Source: Lytechinus pictus (Eukaryota). From it: DNA of 64,000 nt. Both the position numbers and the translations under genes were made by a program. The stretch lies in contig NC_087251.1 of NCBI RefSeq assembly GCF_037042905.1, forward strand, positions 40,550,001-40,614,000. The letters are read 5' to 3'. This document shows, piece after piece, positions 41,950 through 53,900 of this stretch (within the stretch, counting starts at the first letter, position 1; each line of letters starts with the position of its first letter). Below the pieces are notes generated by a model that was not told the DNA's origin, made no database searches, and worked only from the letters and a program-made list of their open reading frames with translations.

Positions 41950-44900
41950 CCTCTCACACACGCCTTCTCTTTCCGGGACTGCTAGGTCATTACGAAATCC
42001 AATTATTTATCTGTTATCAATCAAAGCTCTTATTCTTATCCAAAAATATTGTACGAGGGTCCTTCATTTCCATCATTCACCATGCATCTGCCTGATCATC
42101 ACTCAAAATATCATTAAAATTAATGAACGAGATGGAATCCGAGATAATTTGGATAACCGACATAAAATTTAAGTCATAAGGACAGGGAAATATACATGGA
42201 AGAGCAAATAAACTAAGAATAATTCATATAAAAGTAGAAGACAAGAATTGTGACAATCAAAATAATATCGGACAGAGAAATAGAAAGGTAGAGATTTGAA
42301 AATTCGAAAATTGTAAAATGCGTCAATACGATCACATCCGATGTGAATTGGTGATTTTGGAAGTAGATTAAGGAAAAAGTACATTTATGACGAGTAGTAA
42401 TATTAAATAATAAATAAAATAACATAGGCGCATACGGTTTCCCACCTCATTCCTTGTATCCAGATTTTAATAATGTGCACGGCTATACGTTTCGTAGATG
42501 CTTAATAGTTCTGTATTTTACCTTTCAAATTACATTTCCATCAAAGACGTAATGCATAAATATACTAATGATGGGCATGTGCTCTTACCTGACTGTCTCG
42601 TAGTCTTGTGATATCAGGCTTGAGGTAGTAAACTATTCCATCCATAGCATTGGGCAGAGTGACCGCTCGGATTAACAGGATGGTCAAGAGAATGTACGGG
42701 AAAGGAGCTGTGAAGTACACCACCTGGTAGAAAAAAGAGCACAAAAAAGTACAACCCCACCCCAAAAAGTTAGAACTTCTGCCCAAACTAAGATAGCCTA
42801 CAAAAAATGTATTTTTTTACAACTTTATATAAAAGACAAGGAAGCTATGGTCTATAATGGTGACATCGACATGAAAATTGTAAACTTTACTCACCTATAT
42901 GATATGTTATGCCATCTACATTAAAAAAAATAAATAAAGAGAAACACATACACGAAGAAAACTGGGAAATAAGATCAGAACTATGAACTATCACATGTAG
43001 ATACAATGACTGTGTTGGTAATTTTCTGGTGACAGTTTAACTGTTCTAAATGAAGAATTGAAATGTCATGGTATACATTGTAAAACCTCAAACCTTTGTT
43101 TGATAAGCACAGTTGGTTCAATAAAATGATTATACTATGGAAAGCTGAAAATTTGAATGAAAATTTAAGGAACGTTGACTTGACTATCACAATTGTGTCT
43201 TTGTTGGTCAATATTATGATTATGAATACACTTTTTACAATACATGATAGCATGATTTTCGCGGAGTAAACGTATGATGGTGACATATGGATATAGCTGA
43301 CCGTAATTAAAATAGTGATTCTGAATAACGCAATGTTTTACGTTTCTTAATTTTACAGATGAGTACAAAGGCGAACCGTTGAATTAAATGGAATGATCAT
43401 CGCTCGCCTTACGATTAATACTTTAAACTCGTGTCGACAATTATGTCTAATTTATACATAATTTTGATAGAGAGTTCAAGTTTTGCAGAAATGAACTGAC
43501 ACGGTGATTGAAATATTATGGAGTTTGTATTCTATCTGCAGTGGCAGATGAATGGGAAGGTGGAAATTCGGTTTGCTCTTTTTTCCATTCAAACAAACCA
43601 TTGCACAAAATCGTAAGAATGAGCAGCCTCAACTCAAACAAAGAAGAGACAGAGCTTCATTGTTAATCTCACTTTACCCACTGTACTTTCAATATTTTTC
43701 CTTCACCTCCCTCCCTTCCTGTACGGCAGATAGAATCATCCAATAAATTCATATCCAACACTTTATTACACCAATGACGCAAGTTCCATAAGGACATGTT
43801 ACACTCAATAGAGAGCATATCAGAAACACAATGGGTTCACAAAAAGCCCCATAATGTATGAATAGCTTTGACTACATATTTAACACACACCCTCACATCG
43901 TTCTCTCGCACACACATATACGCACACACACAAACATTTCGGAACGCGTTCCAGCATTCACATGCTTCCACTCAACCAGATCATTCATTGTCCCAAATAA
44001 AATTGACATGATTATGGATGTCAAACTGGAGTGGGTAGAAGTAGAATGAGGAATGCTTCTTTGACGGGAGAGGTGTCAAAATTATGGTGCATTGACTCAC
44101 ACTCAAAACAGATGAGAAAATGAAAGAGCGTTTAAAGTAAAAGGGAAGGATATGACTTGTATCGAAAGATTGGTAAGTATAATGACTTTCATTACAAGTT
44201 CTAAATGCTTTTTATTTTTGGTTCTTTAAGCTAAAGTTATACATGATTATCGTAAAGCGGCACTGCAATTCAGCTGTTAAGAATGATGTACTTCCCATCC
44301 GTCAGTCGTTGAATTATTAAAATCATAGTTCTGTAAGTGGTGTGTCAAATCGAGGTGTAATCTTGTGAGACAGCTCTGCAGTTGAGTAGTTGAGTGGTTG
44401 AGTTGATGTTCAGATCTTTCGCGAAAATGTTCAGTGCAGCACAGAAGGTGTTTATAACTACGCTTGACTTGCTGTAGCCTCAAACCATCAGATCCCTTAT
44501 TGCGTGTGGTCATAGAATATATCATTGCGGGATAAGATAGTTTAAGGCACAACAATCACCTTTCGTGTTAGTTTGAATAAAACCACAAACAGAAAGGAAT
44601 GCTTTTTCAAACCATTGCAAGTTCTAGTTTTGGTCAAGTGGAGACTAGATTCGATTGAATGAAAATGTCCAAAAGATGTTTTGAATCATTTTTTTAAAGA
44701 GGTGAGTCCAGCTTAACCCACGCAATCCCTGAAAAGATTAAGATAATAGAACACGTGATTGCTTGGGTCAAACGACTCTGCCAATGAGTAAATTTTCAGT
44801 TTTTGTTCTCCTTGCACCAATATCAAATATTTTTAATCTTGCATTGGTTGCTTTAGTATAGATGAAAGGGTTGATTGCACACAAGCTTACTATCAATTTT

Positions 44901-47900
44901 GCAAAGGTCTTGAGCCGTAAAACATAAAGACCAACATATTTGTCATAATATATATTTAGGTACCACAAAAATAGAAACAATCAAAGTGCTTAACCCCAAC
45001 AATCCCTGAGTTGGTATAACCATATTTCATACGTGATTGTTCGGGTTAAGGCACCACACCTCACACAATACTCTCCTCGACCACCGCCCATGCAAGCAAG
45101 CCTCCACTGAGAAGCAAAAGAAAGCCCACCAGGAAAACTACTAAAAGGGTATCCTCCCGTTTTATCCAACCCATCTTTGCAACAGTCGTTTCCCCTCCCC
45201 CATTCTCCTTCCCTACCTCCCTTTTAACCATACAACTACCTCCCTCCCACCCTACCCAACCAGGGACCTACATCTGAATAGAAAGAGAAAATGATCTGCA
45301 AATCCATTTGATACAGATTTGCTTTTCTTTTAATTGGCTTGTATCCATCTTCGATCGTCCTTGTTTCGGCTTGCATTTTCCTCATCCACAAAGCTTGCAC
45401 ATCGTCACTTTTACCTTTCCCGACGTCTTGACACCTTTACAAATGCAGAGATAGCAGAGAAACCAGGCGAAGAACATGCAGAGCAAAAGCTGCCAGTTGA
45501 TGCCACCGAGGTGCTCAATACCATCCGATAAATGTATCTGGAGGATCTTGCGGCTAGATATGGGGTTAATTTCAATCGAGATGGTTGTTTTCTAAACTGT
45601 TTAACAAAAAAATGTACACTTATAACTACTTTTGTGGAAGGGGTATGTCACTCACGCACTCATATATGCAACACCTAATTCACAACCTTTAACATTACTG
45701 CTACACCAGTACCTCCTCGGTCATCTTGTTAGTTCAGATAACCTCAGTTGGGATTTATGCACTAGAGAGATCACTTCTATACAATTTGCAGAGTCGTTTA
45801 GTTCCTGCATTAGACAGCCGATAGGACTCACCAACCTACCAGCTTTAGTTGAGAGGAAGGGTCTATTAAGAATCTTACAATTATACTCATTCCATTTTGT
45901 AAAAAAAGGGAACAACCTGCAGCGATCAAATTGGACAAGCAAGTAATTCTAATAATAAAGAACGTAAAATAAAGTAATAATTCAATAAAGGAGGGAGGGA
46001 ACAATTATAAACCTACATCAACACAAGCACAATTCACGTGTCTTTTCACACCCTCACATCATTCTGGTGGATAATAACGATCACGTGGCTATAGAGCACA
46101 GGAAGTTTGTAACTTACTCCCAGAATTCAACGGTCGATGAAACTGTTCCATTGCAAGTATCGGTGAGGTTGGTGGAAGGAGTTCCAGTAGGGTCATACGA
46201 CATTGCCGTCGGTGTCATTACAGTGCTGTCATTAGCCGTGTCATTGCCCATACCAAGTCCGGTGGCCAAGCAGCAAGGAGTGTTCCACGCGTTGTCGCAG
46301 TGAGAGTATGGAAGCGTGGACGTGAAGGACATGAACATGTAGTAGAGGGACCATGCCATGATCACGATGTAGTAGGTGTCTAGGAAAAACTGGATGAACA
46401 TCCCAGCACCACCCAAACCTGATGCACAACAAGTTTAGATGTCTATTCAAGCCTACCATAACTACAGATCTCATTTAAAATATTATGTAATTCGAGATTA
46501 ACATGATGTCACGATGACATATTTGCTTCTTCGGCAATAAAAAGAAATTGTATCCCCTTTTCTTTTTTCTGAAGATGAATAAATCCATATCATAACATTT
46601 ATTGCCACTAAAGGTATTCACACCAATACTTCACATATCCAAACAATTAACAAATTGGAGACCTTTTAATAATAATAATATTATTAATTGTGATATCTTA
46701 TTGAACGCACACACCGTCTAGAGACGCTAATGGCGCTAGTCCAGCAACAGTTCCTTCTGAATACTCCTGGAAAGTCTTAAAGACCTTCTATTGCTTAATC
46801 TAACTGTCAAATTTGATCAACGTAACTAAAATACGTCTGCAGCGGCACAATAAAAGAGAGATAACTAACCCTTGAAGATCGGACAGATATCCCATGCAGT
46901 CACCGCAGCCTGGTTTGTCCATTGTCCAAGACCGATCTCCAGAATCAACTGAGGAATCCCTCCAAGAATCAAACAGATGAAGTACGGGATTAGAAATGCA
47001 CCTGGTAAAGAAAATTTAAAAAGATGATAGTAACACTGTCAATGCAGTTGACAGACCAACGACATGCCGGGGAGATACCCTCTTGTCAGTGGATCTATTA
47101 GGGGTTTACTTTGAAATACATGGCACCGCAAAGAAAATTACAAAGTTAAGGTATAACCCGACCTTCATTTAATCACAGAGCAGAATAATATTTATTCAGA
47201 ACATGATTCTTCCAAAGAAAAGGCGTTTATATTTTAAGTATTTTTAATCGTGATTTAAACCTAACGAACCAAAGAAAACCATGAGGATCAGAGGATGGTC
47301 ACGAAGAATATAAAGCTAATTCCTGCCCTCATTAAGATGGCGTCCGCAACATAGCAAGTGGCGAGACATTTGCTTTCTTTTTAACATGCAGAATCCTTCA
47401 TTGGATGAAAAGGTATATGATACATTCGTGATATTAGTGGGAAAAAAGCGTTCAAAACTGTATTATTTCATGAAGTGTTGCTATTCTTCAATATACTCAG
47501 CGGCTTCAACTCGATATCAAATATAAATATCAATGAATGGTAGCTTATAAATCTATAAATAATAGAATAGCAAATTTCTTCTGTAAAAGGAATTATTTAG
47601 CGAGCAATAAATCGTACAATAAAGGCTTTATTGTACGATTATTGTACGATTTATTGCTCGCTAAGTAAGAGCGTTGTCTGATCATGATATGCGTTTTATT
47701 GGTTTTATCAGTGTCCTACATAATACATGTAGTAAAATGAATAAAGAACTATACGATTTGATGTTCAGACAAATAATGGCAATAAATCTCTTCAAGAGTT
47801 CATTAAATTTATATCAGTATATACGCCTCCTGCAAACTAATAACTGACTTTTGGTCATAATCAGAGATGATGTGGGTTTTGTAGATCACTAATTTAAAAC

Positions 47901-50900
47901 CATGCTAATTAATAGTGGGAGAGTTGACTATCACTAGAGGTTGGTAAGGGCTATCAGTATCAGGACTGGCTATTGTTATCTTTCTCATGTGCATTCCTGT
48001 CACATGCAGCCTACTGCGTCAAAGCCAAGGAATGAACGGTATGAAAAATATTTTATCTAAACAATCATTAATGGGTAATAAATATCTCGTCAAACCAATT
48101 AACCATCAATCCGGTCGGACATCAATGTCTATGGTCCGCTGTTTGTGTGTGTTTTTTTTATATGTTTTTCGTAAGAATAGGTCAAGTCCAGCATTCAGGT
48201 TTGGGTTTAGACCATAGTTCAAACCCAGTTCAGTTTAGTTCTAGGTGATATTGGTTTCCGTTAATATTCTGCATGGAGCACGGAAATGCCTTTGGAAACG
48301 AGTAAATCGATTACTGGTAAACATTTGCCAAACGACCTGTCAAACTCTGTCACTAAAACATTTTTTTTTTCCGGAAAGTTAATAACAACCAGGGCCACTG
48401 TAAAGATGGAAATATGTAGAACAAAAATGAAGCAAGTTTAACCCGCAGACAGCTCCTTGGTTATACCCATCTACATTCGTGTTTAGATCAAAGATTGGGG
48501 TCACGGGGTCAGTCTAGGGTAAATCTAGTCTTGATCTGGACGTTGATAGTTATTTGTTTGGAAAACCCTACACTCTCTCTCTCACACACACACACCCTCC
48601 CTCACACACAACCCCAATACCAATGCATCAGTCCGTCCCTTTTTTCACCTTCTCCTACTGATGTATTGGCGTGTGAGTGAGCGTAGGGTTTTCAAAACAA
48701 ATTACTACTAACGTCCAGATCTAGACTAGGGTAAATCGGAAATTGAAAAGGTGCGGCGTGCGGCGCGACCGTGTCTCCAGAACCTTCCAGAAATTCTTCC
48801 CTCTTCAGGTTGAATTATATTGCTTAGACTGTGATCTGAAATATTTTGGAGTTGTTTGGACTTTCATTCCAAAGAGGTTCAGATAAGAAGGTAAGCAAGA
48901 TATTGTGGGCGTTACACTAACACATACCGCACTGTAGTGTAATATCGCTAGATTGCACACACACATCTACACACAGATAAATTTGAATCTCCCGCCTTTC
49001 TTCGGGAACCAATTCCGGTCATGGCCGGGCGCGGGGCTTCCTACGCCCCGCGCGAAGAGCCAACGGTGTTAGATTCTAACGATGATGACGATTTTAGAAC
49101 AGTTACTCACTCCAGATCCTTAAAACAGAGAATTAAACGTAAACGTGAAGGTAGTGTTGAAGTTGAAAACCTATCGCTTAGATCCGATAACTCTTCAGAG
49201 GACGAACATAATATATTTAGCACACCAACCCAAGTAAGACAATCAGAATTTAAAGTACTTATCACTCCCATAGATAGGACCAAATCGCTAAAAAAAATGT
49301 CAACCCCATTACCAGAGCTAGACAAATACGAGAAGCATGTCCAACTATAGCCCAGAATTCGTTAAACCAACCGCTCAGGGCCTTCTCATTAAATGTAGAA
49401 ATGCTAAGCAGCTCAGAGCAATATCCCAAATAAGTGTCATATGAACCATGAAAGCTGTGGAGAAGCAGGTAGTTGAAAAAGGAGTCATCTACGGAATTTC
49501 AACGGAGATGACAGAAAGGGAAATACTAAATGAATTGAAACATCAAGGTGTTGTCGATGTAAAAAGAATAACGAAAAGATCTAAATCAAATGCAGATACA
49601 GGGGAAGACAGTGAATAAAGTGGACCCAAGTTCATTCCAATGACAAGTATCATTCTTAGCTTCAATAAGAACATCCTTCCCAGCTTTGTGACAATTTGTT
49701 TCCAAAGATTTACTGTCAAACAATACATCCCCACGTAAAAAGATGCTTTTGCTGCCAAAGATTTGGACACGGAATTGCCCAGTGTAGGGCAAAGTTAAGG
49801 TGTGTAAGGTGCGGGCAAGACCATAGTTTCGATGAGTGTAATAATAAAGATAATCGGACCTGCCCCAATTGTGGGGGAGACCATTCGGCAGCATTTGGAG
49901 GATGTCCTGAAGCTAAGAGAGCCCAAAAAATACAAACAGTCAAAGTAAAAAACAATGTTACTTATGCAGAAGCTGCAAAACTGTTATCGCAAGAGAAAAA
50001 CTCACGACAAGTACCACCAGAAGTTCCAGTTGAACTACCAAATGATCGGTTAATTAACCGCCAGCAAGAGTCTTTTCCCCTCCCACCCCAACCTATGAGA
50101 ACCGTTCGCCCCAAAATCAACCAGGTAACCAAATCAGATACCCAACCCCGCAACCCCATTCCCCAAACATACAGAAGAAACAATAACAGGGAAGAAACTC
50201 CCTCTCCGGGTAATCTCTTTACCCAAATGAGTAATGAGAACCTTATCTCATTCATCATCCAACTCATTCTTACCTTTACTGTGGGAAGAACTGAAGAGGA
50301 AATTTCATCCTTTGTCAAATCAGCTGCAGATAGACTACTACAACAAAGTGTTCTCTGCAGTGCCAATGATGAACTGGGCTAGTCTAATGCTGATGACTGG
50401 TGCGCTAACCATACTTCAGTGGAACGCGCAGGGGCTGTTAAATCACGGCCCCGAACTTATAAATTACTTGAATATGCAAAAAGACCTTTATCATATTATC
50501 TGTGTCCAAGAAACTTGGTTTAGTGGAGATCACATACTGGCTATCCCAAAATACCTATGTTTTAATAGAAACAGAGAAAATCGTTCTAAAGGAGGTTGCG
50601 CAATTTACATACATGAATCCCTCAATTATGAATACCCCATTAATGATAAAGAAATTGAAATGCAATTTACTAAAATACATATTGCCGGAACAGCGGTCTC
50701 CGTTGTAAATTTCTATAATCCATGCCAAAAAATGGATCATGTTATCTTAAACAAAATCACCAACGGTATAGATAACCTATTCCTTATAGTTGGGGATTTC
50801 AATTGCCACAATCCTGTATGGGGCAGTGCAAAAACAGACCAAAATGGTAAAGTGGTTGAAAACTTCATCCATGAAAGAAACTTTGTATTTTTAAATGATG

Positions 50901-53900
50901 GAACAGGAACTAGAATAGATCCACATACTGGGAAAACTTCTTGTCTCGACCTCAGTATCACATCCCCTCTGCTATCTGGTAAGTGCACTTGGGAAGTTCT
51001 GCAGCACACTTTTGGGAGTGATCATTTTCCCATATCTACCCAAATATATTACTGGATCGAACCAGGCAGGTAAATAATCAAAGGGTCAATGAAGAAATAA
51101 ACTGGTCTTTTAAGAAATTTGATTGGAATTCTTTCACTAGAAAGTGTCAAAGAAGTCTAACAGGAGATAGAGATATCCTAACCGACCAAACTGATATATA
51201 TAGTGATTTTATTAATGAACTAACAAACATTATAAGTGAATTAATGCCCAAGAAGGGCAAGAAGAAACACAACCCCGTTCCTTGGTGGACAGATGAATGC
51301 ACAAAAATCATCAAAGAAAGAAATAGGGCTAATAATAAATTGAAAAGACATATATCCGCATAATATTTGAACATTTATTTAAAGAAGAAAGCAGAAGCCC
51401 AAAAGATTCTGCGCCAATCAGAAAAAAGATATTCGGAAGATTTCTGTCGAAGACTAAATCCCTATGTACCATAATCCATGATCTGGCACACCATTAAAAG
51501 ACTGAAAGGGTCGGTCAAAAACAAACGAAAAAAAAAAACATGCCAATCTTAGTGGTTAATGAAAAGGAAATTTTGTGTGATAAAGAAAAAGCTGAGGCTT
51601 TTTCTTCCTTTTTCCAATCTATAAGTCAAGTAGAAGAATGCACGGGAATAAAAGGCAATGAACACATTGCAATCAAGTCAATGAACCCGGGAATGGAACA
51701 TGTTTTGAATGAACCTTTTACGTTTCAGGAATTACAAAAGGCTCTCAATACTTGTAAACAATCATCCCCTGGGGAAGACAAGATCCCTTACCAGGTGTAT
51801 CAAAAACTTCCGAATGAAAGTAAGAATTATATGCTAAAGGTCATGAATTGGATATGGGACACGGGGGCCATACCCCCAAATATGAAACATTCTATATTAA
51901 TCCCTGTACTAAAGCAGGACCAAGACCCTCATACTGTATCATCATATCGACCCATAGTACTAACTTCGTGCTTTGCTAAGATACTTGAACGGATTGTAAA
52001 GAATAGACTTCAGTGGTACTTGGAAAAGAAAGAAATATTCCCACCTTTATGACAGGTTTTCGCTCCAAACGTAGTTTGGTGGATAATATAATACTTCTAG
52101 AGAACACGATTCAAAGAAGTATTAATGTTGGTGAATATACATTAGTAGTATTCCTTGATATTGAAAAAGCATATGATCGACTCGATATCAAAAGCTTAAT
52201 ATACAAACTATAGCATCATATTATGATATCTCTGGCAATAAGCTACAATTCTTGAATAACTTTTTGAAGGGGCGAACTTTTCATGTAAATATTGGACAGG
52301 AAAAATCAAAATGCCACGAAATATACAATGGTCTGCCCCAGGGTAGTGTTTTAAGTCCATTGCTCTACAATATAATGATGTGTGATATCCCGACTGATGA
52401 ATCTGTTACAACATCCATATATGCGGACGACTGTGCTGTCTGGATATCGGGTGCGGATATAGAGCTCATTTCAAAACAATTACAGTATCATTTGAATAAA
52501 TTGAACAATTTGTTTACCAAATGGGGACTTCGTCTCTCACAGTGCAAAACAGTCCCAGTACTTTTTACTAAGAAGAGGAAAATCAAATATCCGGAGCTCA
52601 GGTTAAACAATGCTGCCCTGACCTTCAAATCTGAGAAAACAAATCTTAGGAATGATAATTGATAAAAAACTGTCATGGAAAAATCAGATAGATATAATCA
52701 TTTCAAAATGTAAACGTAAGATATTTTGAGGTGCTTAACAGGTACGACGTGGGGAAGCTCCTCAAAATCGTTACTGATTGTATATAAAGCACTAATAATA
52801 TCATTATTAGATTTTGGCTGCGAAGCTTATGATAGTGCGCAGTCATAGATTAAAAAATCCTTAGATAATATTCAATATCAGTCTCTGAGAATATGTGCAG
52901 GAGCTCTTCCCCTAACATCACTTGCTGCCTTACAAACAGAATTAGGTGAAATGCCCCTAGACTTACGCAGGCAGATGCTTGCAGATATTCTAAAACAAAA
53001 AATTGCTATACATCGTGATCATCCTGTTAACGTCAAGCCAAACTGGCAAATGGAGATATTAAAACATCAACAAAATTATAAACCTTTTGGATGTAGGACA
53101 GCATTGATGAATGAAAAACCAATTGAAACTTATACTGTATCTTGTCTCCCCCCATGGACAATGATTCTTCCAATAGTTTCTCTAGAATTGAGTGAAGTTC
53201 TGAATAAACAACAAAACCCCTCATATTTAGAACAACGTAGCTTAGAACTTATAGGAAGTAAATGGTCAAATCAGTTGCATATATTCACAGATGGGTCAAA
53301 AGTTCCAAACGATGGAACAGTCTCCACTTCCTTTTATGTACCAGCTTTCTCCATCCATGAAGCAAAAAGGCTGGTGAACCATACATCATCATTCAGAGCT
53401 GAATTAGCAGCCATCGTCCTTGCACTCAACTGGCTCGAGGATATCGATGTATTCGTCGGAATTGTGATTTTCTCTGACTCATTGAGCGCATTACAGGCCA
53501 TAAAAGAAGAAAAGGATATATCCTTTGTCACGGAAATTATAATTTTATCTACTAAATTAAACTATCAAGGGAAACACATCCACCTTGAATGGATCCCTAG
53601 CTATTGTGGTCTACATGGGAATGAAATGGCAGATCATTACGCCATGGAGCTATTAACAGTTAATAGCTCTATGATTACGCCAAAGCTGCACTACAAAACA
53701 ACATTGAAATATTTAATAAACTATCTCTCTCTGAAATAAAGAGTATTATTACGGATAAGTATATCACCCTCTGGCAAGATAGGTGGAATTCATCGCACAC
53801 CTTTCTGAGACAGGTACAACCTGCCGTTAACAAAACACATTTGTATTTTTTAACAAGATTTGAGGAGAGTATTGTTCATGGATTAAGACTCGGAGTAGTA

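Noticed and set aside
48807..48820. aggttgaattatat as the LINE's 5' TSD (versus aggctgaatatat after the poly-A)
   Set aside because: It differs by a mismatch and an indel, and lies downstream of the GC-rich presumed 5' end; unconvincing.
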